Source of the DNA: Haliotis rufescens
Lineage: Eukaryota
Reading direction: 5' to 3'
Assembly (NCBI RefSeq): GCF_023055435.1
Contig: NW_025963890.1
Location: forward strand, 15,562,001 to 15,626,000
DNA: 64,000 nt
Shown here: piece after piece, positions 25,325 to 38,049 of the stretch
Layout of the letters: each line of letters starts with the position of its first letter
Numbering within the stretch: the stretch's first letter is position 1
Notes under the pieces: generated by a model
Told to the model about the DNA's origin: nothing
The model's database searches: none
What the model saw: only the letters and a program-made list of their open reading frames with translations
Made by a program: the position numbers and the translations under genes

Positions 25325-25599
25325 GTGAGTGAGATGGGTTTAACGCCGCTTTTAACAGTATTACAGTTATATCGCGGCGTGTCAGCTTAATATGGGAGGA
25401 AAGCCCGAAGTGATGCAGGTCTCAGACGTTTACCACTTCGGTGAAACCCACGAGCACGGGTATGGTGCTGACAAACCTAGAAACATAATCGGGGCGAACC
25501 GGGATTCGAACCCACAATCATAGGTTCCTGGCGTGGCCAAGGGACGCAACTCTGCACAGCGAATCGTGGCGCCTTAGACGACTGGGCCACCTGTGCCCC
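25325..25599 (-). mobile_element. SINE family B
   Basis: Full reverse copy, TSD taataatctataag. Confidence 0.87.
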
Positions 25600-25705
25600 T
25601 TAATAATCTATAAGCGTATTGTGTAGGTATGTATTGAAATACGAAGGAAAAAATATTTTTGTCCACAACAAGTTCAGTCTATTAGCTATATATCATTATC
25701 TTAAA

Positions 25706-25951
25706 GACCCATGAAGATACCGGGTAGAATAGGTCTTCACCAACCCATGTCTGCTGTAAGAGGCGACTTACGGGATCGGGTGGTCAGACTTGCTGGCTTG
25801 GTTTATGCATGTCATCGTATCCCTATTGCGTGAATCGATGCTCATGTTGTCAATTACTGGATTGTCTGGTCCCGACTCGGTTATATATACAGAGCGCCGT
25901 TATATAGCTGGAATATTGCTGAGCGCGGCGTTTAACAACAAAAAAACAAAC
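25706..25951 (+). mobile_element. SINE-like family D with single hairpin
   Basis: Flanking attatcttaaa duplication. Confidence 0.83.
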
Positions 25952-26649
25952 ATTATCTTAAAGAAATAGGCTTCAGACATTTTACCCATGTTGGGAATCG
26001 AATGTTTTGGATGTGATGAGGCACTGCATCAATCACTAGGCTACCCTATCACATCATGGGTAATGCGCTGAAACAATGGGACAAAATGAGGAGAAAGTGT
26101 TCATTAATGGTCTTTTTCATGGGGAATAAGACTTAGTGGTAATTAAGTGTCCGACATCGCCTCTCATTTGATTCTAGCTGCAGAAGAACACTTAATTAAA
26201 CTGATCACGTCGCTGTATTCACATGTGCAGTCAAAGCCCCTGATTGGTTTATACTGCCATATGTTAATCCGGACGATTTTACATTATAACGTACCGCCCG
26301 GATTATCAAATTTCCGGATTAACCATTCATGTGTAAATTGTCATATCACATACAGAGATTCCCAACAGCAGTTGTCCGGATTAACAGGTTCCGAACTAAC
26401 GAGGTTTCACTATAAAGGAGTGGGATATCACCAAAGAAACCGTTTTAAATAGAATGACTGGCATTTTGTAACGTTTCGAATTTCAACTGACCCTGTACAC
26501 CAGTTCCTTGCATATATCCAACAATTACTGTATGCTTTCGAAGACACTGATGTCAAACACTTTTCACAATATGTTTGACCATGTCTTCTTATAAACCGTG
26601 CTTTGGGTATTTTAGAAAGTTCCACAATGATGAGAGTATGATTAATTAC

Positions 26650-26829
26650 CTTTACATCCATATTTTCCGATTCCTTGTCCGTAAAATCCTGGTTTGCACT
26701 GGCATTCGTATTTTCCTGTATGTGTCCCGCACGCGCATGTCGCGTTGGCATGGCAACAGTTACCTCCATTTTTACACAAAATGTTACATCTGCTCCTGGG
26801 CTGGTACACGTAAGATCCGGTGTGGAGAT
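26650..26829 (-). CDS. SVEP1: SVEP1 exon 3: Cys-rich/EGF-like segment
   Basis: Manual translation DLHTGSYVYQPRSRCNILCKNGGNCCHANATCACGTHTGKYECQCKPGFYGQG with the SVEP1 CGTHTG motif; AG/GT ends, phase 1-1. Confidence 0.92.
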
Positions 26830-26931
26830 CTAATAATAGAAGTAATCAATAATTGATCTGGAAATTTGATGACATGTTCATACTATTCCATCTTGGCTTA
26901 CAACACAATCACATATATTCAATATGCCGAA

Positions 26932-27194
26932 GACCCGTGAAGATCCGGGGTAGAATAGGTCTTCAGCAATCCATGCTTGTCGTAAGAGGCGACTATGCTT
27001 GTCGTAAGAGGCGACTAACGGGATCGGGTGGTCAGTCTCGCTGACTTGCTTGATGCATGTCATCGTATCCCAATTGGATGGATCGATGCTCATGATGTCA
27101 ATCACTGGATTGTCTGGTCCAGACTGGATTATTCACAGACGCGGGCATAAAGCTGGAATATTGCTGAGTGCGGCGTTAAACAACAAACAAACAA
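26932..27194 (+). mobile_element. SINE-like family D (no tRNA head, structured 5' end, (CAAA)n tail), reference copy
   Basis: gacccgtgaagatccggggtagaataggtcttca...tgcttgtcgtaagaggcgacta x2...gcggcgttaaacaacaaac. Partial copies near 7610-7745, 19810-19995(-), 53535-53855, 56215-56307(-), 59545-59770. Confidence 0.88.
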
Positions 27195-27462
27195 AATGTC
27201 GGACGTGCTCATATTGGAAATCAGATCGGACACATATTGGGATCATTAACGTTTCAACTTAATACATGTTGCGGCTACTGATTAAATAATATCAAGATTT
27301 AAGTGTTCAAAGTTTGAAGGTCAAAAGACGTCGACCACCATCAAAATGCGCCCATTAGCGTCGAAATATGTTTAGGTTCTATCATGGATACAAACATGAA
27401 TAGCGTATTTGTTTTATGAAACGTTTCAATTTCATTTGCCATTTGATTTTTTTTAGCGAAAG

Positions 27463-27628
27463 GTGAGTGAGTGAGTGAGTGAGTATGGTTTTACGTCGCT
27501 TTTAGCTATATTCCAGCAATATCACGGCGGGGGACACCAGAAATGGGCTTCACACATTGTACCCATGTTGGGAATCGAACCCGGGCCTTCGGCGTGACGA
27601 GCGAACGCTTTAACCACTAGGCTACCCG
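27463..27628 (-). mobile_element. SINE family A
   Basis: Reverse copy, TSD cgaaaggtgag. Confidence 0.85.
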
Positions 27629-28060
27629 TTCGAAAGGTGAGACAACACGCCATGTTTAACATTATTTCCATCGCGACCATTGTATTCAGGCATATCCATA
27701 TTGCATGTATACTAAGAAATATATTTGGGGATAGTTTTATTTATTTAACCTCAATATGATAATAAATGGTAAAAGACTTCTTTCATGCTGACCACGCCAA
27801 ACATAATGCAACTGTAACGCGCAATTATGAACCTTTTTTACGAGTAGACCTATTCTTAAAAAAACATATCGCACGCGAGATCAATAGTTACTACTGACAC
27901 AATTCTTGACTCCAGACCATGTGGCTATTGTGCTGTTTAACTGGTAGCACATGTAAAACTGGGTCCCAATCTTGACATTGCGACCATTGGCTTCGTGACC
28001 TCAATACGGAACTAAGTGAGTCTTGATCTTAACATCAAATATATGACCTTGACCTCTGAC

Positions 28061-28316
28061 CTTCATGGAGAGCCCGTCTTGCCAGAGCCTCAAATTCTTC
28101 AAAGCTGTCGAGAATGTAACAAGTTTCGTTCTTGGGCACAGACGCCATGTCGTACAGCTCCCTAAAGTTGCCATTTCGGATGCCGAACGTGAATATCTTC
28201 ACTCCATTGTCCCTGAGAGATTTAGCTTCCGGTCTGGGGTCTCCGCCATTAGAGAACCCGTCCGTTATCAGGAATATGGCTTTAGTAGCATTCTTCCTGG
28301 CCCCCTTCAGAACCAC
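28061..28316 (-). CDS. SVEP1: SVEP1 exon 2: C-half of vWA
   Basis: [16 protein letters not shown]...[17 protein letters not shown], typical of SVEP1; cag|GTG acceptor, G|gtcaga donor. Confidence 0.95.
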
Positions 28317-29372
28317 CTGCATGTAGGATGTGAACAGCGCGTTATTACATTCATTAATATTCATAATATGCTTGTCGACTTATCACAGTGGAACATCCTA
28401 ACCTTAAAGTACTATACCAACCTAAACTATGAGGGGCCTTGATGACTACAACAGCAATAAGTATATAAGATACACTAGGTGTTATTCGTTCATGTGCCTA
28501 TATCAAGTGAAATGTGAAAATAACTACTAAAAATGTAAGATTCTTCTCGCATAGCTGCTGCATTTAAGGCAAAATATAATTTTACTATGAAATTGGAAAA
28601 TTACCCGATTCTGATTGGTAAAAATAAAGTATCAAATCACCATAATCACCTCTGATTGGAACAGCCTATTTGACGACCGTATTACCACGGAAGCATTTTT
28701 ATAGAAAAGTACTTCATTTTTCAGTCATTGTCGCTGAGCATTTTTAAATAATAATATGTACAATTATAGGTTACAAAATGCAGAGGCGTGGCTCTGCAAT
28801 ATTCAAAGCATGTGTAGCAATACATTTTGTGCTGAAACACGATATGAATCGACAAAGAGATGTATTTCAACAGAGAGCTTGAAATATGGCATTTTGCTAC
28901 ACTCTCCTACCCAGAGTTCCTTGCGGCCAGCCTAGTGCCTCTGCAACATCTCGAACAGTCCATTTAACAGATAACATATTTTTTAATCCATTTCAATTTG
29001 TGAAAAGTCTACACATTTATCTAATCATATGTTATCATGTTTCTATTTGCGTGCTTTCCCGTACGTGCTGTCATCTAATTTCTATTGAGAGCTAGCAATA
29101 CGGCCACTTTGATGAATAAAGGTATATCGTCATGCTCCTCACTGTTTATTAAGATATCTTTATAACTATACAAAAGAAACTGTTAAGCGCACTAAAAGAC
29201 TTTCATGAGGCTGAAACGCACTTCCGCGACTTTTCTGCATTATTTTGCGTCAATCAGCAATAATCTGACATCATACTCGTGACGTGGTGTCCAGAACAAC
29301 ACCTTGCAAGGCATGCTTAGTTTTCCTACTTCATACTAACTTAAAAAGTTGGTGTGCTACATGCTTACAAGC

Positions 29373-29594
29373 CTGTTTATTTGTTTGTTGTTTAACGCCG
29401 CACTCAGCAATATTCCAGCTATATGACGGCGGTCTGTAAATTATCGAGTCTGGACCAGACAATCCAGACATGAGCATCGATCCATGCAATTTGGATACGA
29501 TGACATGCATCAACCAAGTCAGCGACCCGATCCCGTTAGTCGCCTTTTACGGCAAGCATGAATTGCTGAAGACCTATTCTAACCCGGATCTTCA
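29373..29594 (-). mobile_element. SINE-like family D
   Basis: Reverse copy with deletions. Confidence 0.8.
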
Positions 29595-29972
29595 ATGTCT
29601 GTCATATGTTCGAGTGAAGTATATCTGCTTGAGCATATACAGCGCCATATTTTGTTTCAAGGATGTTGATTCCGTTATTCAGATCGACTACCCATTCAAA
29701 ACTTTGGACTCAACCGCTGCGTCATTCAATATATCACCAAAGAGTTCGCGTTTCATATAGTCAATCATGGCGTTCCAAATTCATTTCAGCGCGTTTAGAT
29801 CTACAGGTAACCTTGCTCTACATTAGAATCACAGTATGTTTATCCCCTAACTTGTATGTAAACAGTCTTGTATGTAAACAACTGTTTGTATGTAAACAGG
29901 AACTCGTAAATAACCAGATACGTGTATGTGAATAAACAGCTAGTCATTAAACAGGTTATTGTATATAAAGTA

Positions 29973-30247
29973 GTGAGTGAGTTGGGTTTAACGCCGCTTT
30001 TAACAGTATTCCATTTATATCACGGCGTGTCAGCTTCGTGTGGGAGGAAAGCCCGAAATGATGCAGGTCTCAGACGTTTACCACTTCGGTGAAACCCACG
30101 AGCACGGGTATGGTGCTGACAAACCTAGAAACATGATCGGGGCGAACCGGGATTCGAACCCACAATCATAGGTTTCTGACGTGCCCAAGGGACGCAACTC
30201 TGCACCGCGAATCACGGCGCCTTAGACGACTGGGCGACCCGTGCCCC
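29973..30247 (-). mobile_element. SINE family B
   Basis: Full reverse copy, flanking gtatataaa duplication. Confidence 0.85.
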
Positions 30248-30989
30248 ACGTATATAAAATAATTACTCCTAAATAAACAGCTACTTGTATGTAAATATTC
30301 AGCTACACGTCGATTTACAACTACTTGCAGGTTAACAGTCATATTTAAGAAATAAACGACAAGTGTGAGTTGTTTATCGTACAATAAAACACTGCAGGGA
30401 GAATAAACCATGGGAGGCGTACGATAAACAACGACCATTCGTCGTTTATTTTTTTATATGAGATATCAACATTATGTACATCCTATTTAATGATGACGAT
30501 AAAATGCACAAGCTTTAAAAATATGTACCCGTATTTAAATAATGATGACTCCCTCAATAGAATCCGACCTTGGCAATGTCGGACAAGTCTATTTAATGCA
30601 CAGGTGGGTATTTCCCGCATGTTCTCACAATCCTCACGTCGATTACCGGTATCTTTTCTCCGCCCAAAACCGATTGCCATATCTCCCCCGCTTTGGAATG
30701 GGATCGTTCGCGTTTATCTACGTTGCCCAGCTACATCTATGGGGAACAACTAACTAGACACTCCCCTCTCAAAAATAACGTCGTCCAATTTACAAGGTCA
30801 TCAAGTAACGAGCGCATGTTCGAATCTCCAGAAATGACGCCATGATAGAACAATGTTTTATCGTGAAATAAACCACGCTTCGTTCTTCATTGTGCTTTGC
30901 GATTTATCGCGTAGCTATTTCATATATGTAAATAGTTACAAGAATATTAACAGCTACTTGCATTTAAACAGTATCAAAGAAACTATCAT

Positions 30990-31628
30990 GTTATTCCCTC
31001 TTTAAAAACACCTTCTGTGGCGAGCAATCCTTATTAGATGTGGGGCGGTCGGGTAGCCTAGTGGTTAAAGCGTTCGCTCGTCACGCCGAAGACCCGGGTT
31101 CGATTCCCGACATGGGTACAATGTGTGAAGCCCATTTCTGGTGTCCCCCGCCGTGATATTGCTGGAATATTGCTAAAAGCGGCGTAAAACCATACTCACT
31201 CACTCACTCACTTATTAGATGTGACACTAAAAGCATTTCACATTGCACTTGCAAGATTCAGATGTGGTTCACACGAACTATTTATCGAGACGGGAAGATA
31301 TATGGGGATCGTGAAAGAATTTGTCAGTTTTGTGATTTAAACACTGTAGAAAGTGAATACCATATCTTACTACTTTGTCCGTTGTATGCTGAACTCAGAA
31401 AATAGGTCATTGATAAATATTATATCCGTTATCCAAGTTTACAGAAATTTGTTAAATTAATGTCAAGTAAGAATTAATGTAGTAATAAAGAAAAAGCTGT
31501 CAATGTACATTTTGCATGCTATGAAGCTAAGAAGCTCCAAATGCGTTACCTTATAAATGTAAATACACCCATTACTATGTTACACGTACCGTTACTATAG
31601 ACCTATGGCCTCGCAGTATTATGAATAA
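30990..31628 (+). mobile_element. Decayed 3' LINE fragment of the same type, interrupted by a family A SINE
   Basis: ALARFRCGSHELFIETGRY...RICQFC...ESEYHILLLCPLY; 3' UTR cctatggcc...gaataaa as in the 55.7 kb copy. Confidence 0.7.
31042..31211 (+). mobile_element. SINE family A (tRNA-Asp-like head, about 170 bp, (ACTC)n tail), reference copy
   Basis: A box tagcctagtgg, B box ggttcgattcc, gtc anticodon-like loop; TSD cttattagatgt. Other copies near 9787-9950(-), 13600-13730(-), 13827-13994(-), 18440-18580(-), 43448-43521, 53877-54030, 56310-56472(-), 58004-58140(-), 59813-59934(-). Confidence 0.9.
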
Positions 31629-32574
31629 ACACATGTACGAGCATTTGAACAGCTGCGTGCATGTAAATAACTTTGTGTAGGAAAATAACTACATATGTAC
31701 TTATTTTTTTATATATTTAAAGCAGGCCAGATCATTCAACCCAGATTTCTGTTTATAACAATTTAGCGTAAATATTTTTCAAGGCATGGACTTTATCTAA
31801 GATTCGTTAAGGATTCATATATATCTTTAATCTTCTTCGTCTGTTTGTCAGTAAATAAATCTTCAGACCTGAAGGCAGGGTTCACTAACGCATATTCAAT
31901 GAAGGAGTGGAAATGTAAACATATCAGCACATGGGATGGTTGTGACTTCTTACGCCATAACTCCCGCAGCGCGCAATTAGAAGCGCCATGTGAGAAAACT
32001 TAACCTTTGCCTCACAGATAACGCCATGTTATCGCAACTCTTGCTGATAACTCTATAACTCTAAATCATCGCTTGTGGTGCTCCCAAACAACGTTTACTT
32101 TATTATTTCCATTGCGATCCCTGAAAAAAAGCTTTACCAAACATAAGCCATGCATCCATGCTGAAGTGTAGTTTCCCTTATGTTGACTATTAGACATAAT
32201 TATTAACGTGCCACGGTACAATCCTATTAAAACTATGAATATCTCTGGCATGTGTTTAGTAATGTATGTGTCGCAGCAGTATGGTAGTAATGTCTTTTAG
32301 ATAGGCCCCCCTCAACGTTAGCATGTTTATTTGGTTTTATTTACAGATCTATTACGTCTCATATGTTAGAAAACAAAAACATAATCATATGGAACTTTAA
32401 TTGTTTGTTGTTTTATTAATGTATTATTAGAGAAAATAATAGTATTCTGGCTTACATATCATTTTGAGGAAGATCAACGAAACAAGAGAATATATCTAGG
32501 GACAGATTTTAGACACAAGAAAACGGATATTAAATATTAGGACACTGGAAGTGTTTCATTTCTTGAACATTATA

Positions 32575-35110
32575 CCGTCTCTGTTACATAAGTATACGTC
32601 TGCTCCATAAGTATACGTCTGTTACATAAGTATACGTCTGTGACATAAGTATACGTCTCTGTTATATAAATATACGTCTCAGTTGCAGAAGTATTTGACT
32701 CTGTCACATGAGTATACGTCAATGTTACAGCAGCACACGTCTCTGTTATAGAAATATCCTTATCAGTTGCACAAGTATTCGGCTCTGTTACGTGAGTACA
32801 GTCCGTGTTACAGCAATATTCGTCTGTTACAGCAGCATAGACTCTGTTATAAAATTATAAGTCTCAGTTGCAGAAGTATTCGGCTTTGTTACGTGAGTAT
32901 ACGTCCATGTTACAGTAATATTCGTCTGTTACAGCTGCATACGTCTCTGTTATAGAAATATGTCTCTCTTCCATACGTGTACGTCTCTGTTACACACGTT
33001 TACGTCCATGTTACAGCAGCATTACATAAGAATACGTCTCAGTTACATAAGTATACGTCTCTGTTACATAGGTATACGTCGCTGTTACATACATACATCT
33101 CTGTTACATGAGTACATCTCTGTTACATAAGTACACGCCTCTGTTACATACGTACACGTATCTGTTACATAAGTACACGTCTGTTACATACGTACACGTC
33201 TCTGTTACATAGGTGCATGTGTATGTTACATAAGTACACGTCTCTGTTACATAAGTACTGGTCTCTGTTACATACGTTCACGTCTCTGTTACATAAGTTC
33301 ACGTCTCTGTTACATAGGTACATGTCTCAGATACATAAGCAAACATCTCTGTCACATACATTCACGTCTCTGTTACATAAGTTCACGTCTCTGTTACATA
33401 AGTTCACGTCTCTGTTACATAAGTACACGTCTCTGTTACATAAGTACACGTCTCTGTTACATAAGTACACGCCTCTGTTACATAGGTGCATGTGTATGTT
33501 ACATAAGTTCACGTCTCTGTTACATAAGTACTGGTCTCTGTTACATACGTTCACGTCTCTGTTACATAAGTTCACGTCTCTGTTACATAAGCACACATCT
33601 CTGTCACATAAGTTCACGTCTCTGTTACATAAGTTCACGTCTCTGTTACATAGGTTCACGTCTCTGTTACATAGGTACATGTCTCAGTTACATAAGCACA
33701 CATCTCTGTCACAAAACTTCACGTCTCTGTTACATAAGTTCACATCTCTGTTACATAAGTTCACGTCTTTGTTACATTGATACACGTCTCGATTACATAA
33801 GTTCACGTCTCTGTTACATTGGTACACATCTCTGTTACATAAGTTCACGTCTCTGTTACATAGGTATACATCTATGTTACATAAGTTCACGTCTCTGTTA
33901 CATAAGCACACATCTCTGTTACATATGTACATGTCCCTGTTACATAAGCACACATCTCTGTTACATATGTACATCTCTGTTACATAAGCACACATCTCTA
34001 TTACATAAGTACACGTCTCTGTTACATAGGTATACATCTCTGTTACATACGTTCACGTCTCTGTTACATAAGCACACTTCTCAGTTACATAAGCACACAT
34101 CTCTGTTACATAAGCACACGTCTATGTTACATAAGTACACGTCTCTAATACATAAGATCACGTCTCTGTTACATAAGTTCACGTCTCTGTTACATTGGTA
34201 CACGTCTCTGTTACATTGGTACACGTCCCTGTTACATAAGTACACGTCTCTGTTACATTAGCACACGTCTATGTTGCATAAGTACACGTCTCTGTTACAT
34301 AAATTCACGTCTCTGTTACATAAGCACACATCTCTGTCACATAAGTTCACGTCTCTGTTACATAAGTTCACGTCTCTGTTACATAGGTTCACGTCTCTGT
34401 TACATAGGTACATGTCTCAGTTACATAAGCACACATCTCTGTCACAAAACTTCACGTCTCTGTTACATAAGTTCACATCTCTGTTACATAAGTTCACGTC
34501 TTTGTTACATTGATACACGTCTCGATTACATAAGTTCACGTCTCTGTTACATTGGTACACATCTCTGTTACATAAGTTCACGTCTCTGTTACATAGGTAT
34601 ACATCTATGTTACATAAGTTCACGTCTCTGTTACATAAGCACACATCTCTGTTACATATGTACACGTCCCTGTTACATAAGCACACATCTCTGTTACATA
34701 TGTACATCTCTGTTACATAAGCACACATCTCTATTACATAAGTACACGTCTCTGTTACATAGGTATACATCTCTGTTACATACGTTCACGTCTCTGTTAC
34801 ATAAGCACACTTCTCAGTTACATAAGCACACATCTCTGTTACATAAGCACACGTCTATGTTACATAAGTACACGTCTCTAATACATAAGATCACGTCTCT
34901 GTTACATAAGTTCACGTCTCTGTTACATTGGTACACGTCTCTGTTACATTGGTACAAGTCCCGGTTACATAAGTACACGTCTCTGTTACATAAGCACACG
35001 TCTATGTTGCATAAGTACACGTCTCTGTTACATAAATTCACGTCTCTGTTACATAAGTACACATCTCTGTTACAGCCAGATACAACTGTTACAGCAGCAT
35101 GCGTCTCTGA
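32575..35110. repeat. 21-bp satellite with a 733-bp higher-order duplication, in SVEP1 intron 1
   Basis: cacgtctctgttacataagtW; near-identical ORFs at 33684 and 34417. Confidence 0.95.
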
Positions 35111-35975
35111 AGCATACGTATACGTCTCTGTGTACGAATAAGATAATATACCTAGATGTACATAATGTCCTGAAAAAATGTCACATTCGTACCGAACCAG
35201 AACAAACTCTTTTCGATATAACCATCTAATAAAAGGTAATTTGAAAAAAATCTCAGTTCTAAGTAAACCCTTTATTAGGTCAAGTGCTATCGGGGCTTTT
35301 GGTGTACATGAAATGTTGTTTCTGCCTCCTATTTCTCCGCCTCGCGAGGTACTGAAAACAAGAGAGTGTGACCTAGTTTTCTGTCGCATTGTCGTCGTCC
35401 TCTGTAACAACAGAAACTGCATTCCGGGCATGTATTACAATAACGACTGCGACGCGACACAAGAGCTCAACTAACATTGTTGTTTAATTCTTCAAATATC
35501 TTCCTCAACGTTATCATATGTAAACCGACCGAAATAAATATAACAGTGTATGTTACTTTCAATTACATCATATTATTTTTTGAAATCTTAATTTCTGTTT
35601 GTTATCATATAGAAGTGTGATTAAGATGCGTTTACATTCACCAATGCAAAGTGATAAAAATGAATGTTAGACAATGGATCATATCCACACGTCATTTAAA
35701 GTCGCGTTAGCCATTTAAACACATTTCGTTCTAGGAATTGCATTAAAGGAGACAAACAAGATGCGTTTACAAATTTCAGTTAAAATAATACTGTCAACGT
35801 CATGTAAAAACAGTATGATCTTTGATACAAGATGTCTGATTAATACCTTACCTCATTAAATTTACCATATCTGTTGCATAACTCTATTTGATTAAACAAG
35901 GGGGGCATTTACTCAGCATAATAACTAACATGTGTCAACATCGAAGGGGTTAACCGTCCGTTACATAATGTTTAC

Positions 35976-36473
35976 CTTTGCTTCAAGGAAGGCCCCAAGG
36001 GTATATGTACCCCCTCCAATGTAATTAACCCTTGGCAGCTCTTCTCCAAGTAAGCGACACTTATGCTTGTCAGCATTGGGCTGTGTTAGATGGTCGACAT
36101 GTCTGATGACCTTCCCTCGAGACGAAAACGTAATGACTGACACTCTGGTCTTGTTCACATCCACTGTAAAATCAGCCAGCAGTTTGCGGACGAACCGGAG
36201 TTCCTCGAAGAAGTTATCTGCCCCTACACTTGATGAACTATCCACTAAAAAAACAAGTTCCACTTGACCGTTCTCTGTTGCCCGGAGACGCTGGACATGG
36301 CGCTTCAACACAGCGCCTAATGTCTCCACTTTAGTTTTAAAATCCGCACTGAGGGGTCGGAACAACGAGTTGTAATAATCTCCTCCATAAAATGCCGCAG
36401 AGCTCGTGTGAAGGAGATATCCTAGAGTTAATAGCTGTAGCAACGTCGGCCCGAATCGAATATCCCGTATCAT
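35976..36473 (-). CDS. SVEP1: SVEP1/polydom-like, coding exon 1: signal peptide and N-half of vWA domain
   Basis: ATG at 36473, hydrophobic signal LLQLLTLGYLLHTSSA, vWA MIDAS ELVFLVDSSSSVG, GGGTYTLGAF; donor AAG|gtaaac. A further in-frame ATG lies at 36515. Confidence 0.93.
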
Positions 36474-38049
36474 TGTAATACGACTGTTTAACACATATTG
36501 AGAACATCCACTCATCCACAGGCAAGCTGCACGGCTTTTACCAAGCAATGACCAACAGCTGACGGTGGGGGTTCGTCTTCCAGAATGAAAGAGGTTCCAA
36601 GAAAAACGCTGATATAAACAGTTCCGATAAGCCGCTGCGGGTTGAATAACAGAGGAACCGGTACGGCGAAGATGGTACACAAGGCACTGATTTTCCGTGT
36701 GTCCACGGTGCGATTTCCCTCTCCTCGGGGAAGGTGTTTGGATATGTAATTAACAGGACATGTGTTTCGTGTGGCCAAATACTTGTAACGGGATCTGCAG
36801 GCTCAATCTGATCCCTACACCTCCACTCGGATTTCACACACGCGGCACACATACCAAGACATCTGTCCCACTTTCAAGACGCTGCCAGAGTGGTCACAAC
36901 ATGTATGGTTGTGGTGTTTGTCGGACGTCTATGTGTTCATGCTGTGATTGGGCAGTAGTATATGGTGGATGGAATCACTAGGGTATGTCAACTCAAGGAT
37001 GTGGGGAGTGTAAACAGTGTTTAAGACCCGTGAAAATATGTATTCAGATATTGTGTATGCATTCTTATGAAACAAGATCATAAATCATAAATACGAATAT
37101 TTATCTTAGGATTTTAATGATGAATATTACCTTCTTTTCAAAACGTAAATTCTTGCGAAGGAAAAGGAGAATATTTGTATTCTTTATTGTTTAAAAAAAT
37201 CCTTTTTGTTTTATTTTCCGCACGACGTTGTACTGGTCGTTTTAAGCTCGTAGTATTATGTTACATGCATACCAATTATAGAAGGGATATTGTGCACATG
37301 GAACAACAGTTGCATTCCTGATTAAATAAAATATTCGTCCAAAAGAGTTACGAAGTATTTTAAATTTAGGGAGTTGTAATTTAAATGTGCATCGGTGATA
37401 TTGCTGCCATATAGTGAGAAATATGCAGTGCGTGGCCAGTTCATCTGTTGCAGTTACCTAAACCGTTAAACATGTTTATTCTTTTCAAAATTCGTGTTCC
37501 TTCACCAACCATAATATTGAGTCACACAAAGAATATATAGCACGCCACTTCCTGAACCAGGTCCTGTCTACACATTTCAGAATCAGCGCAAATCTTAAAT
37601 CGCGTCCCTATGTGAAAACTAGTCACTGTACATCCTGGCTCCATAACACCGGAAGTTGTTTCATCGCCGCTGTCATCGCGGGCTCCATGATGCCCCTTTC
37701 ACGGCCAGATTGTATGGCGTGCTCGTTGTGTGGGAATTAATTGGAATCGGCTTCAAGAATTTTGCATCAGCACTTTCAGAGGTCAACCACATGAAAATTC
37801 TGTTTATGCGCGAATGACGTGTCAAATAATTAAACGCAAATGTGTGAGGCCTGTGCAATTCTCAAATATCACGGATACAATGCGAACCACATGCTTATCA
37901 AGAAGCATATTTCACTCGTTGTTGAGAGAAGATTGACATAACGCTTCTGTGGAGTAATAGTTTAAACATTCCATTATGTAATATCAATAAATGGGGGAAA
38001 ACATCTTGAAAACATTTTTCATACACGTGTTTAAATTGTCTTTTGCCTC

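Noticed and set aside
31042-31112. tRNA-Asp/Leu-like sequences as real tRNA genes
   Set aside because: Acceptor stems are broken; each is fused to a SINE body and tail, with TSDs on intact copies.
33217-35431. Heptad-like ORFs (HKFTSLL / CNRDVNL repeats)
   Set aside because: Products of the 21-bp satellite on both strands within SVEP1 intron 1.
36474-36680. N-terminal 69 codons of the 239-aa ORF as part of SVEP1
   Set aside because: Starts at GTG and precedes the signal peptide; most likely 5' UTR, although the ATG at 36515 cannot be excluded.
36943-36952. CCAAT box upstream of SVEP1
   Set aside because: A single 5-mer with unknown transcription start; expected by chance.
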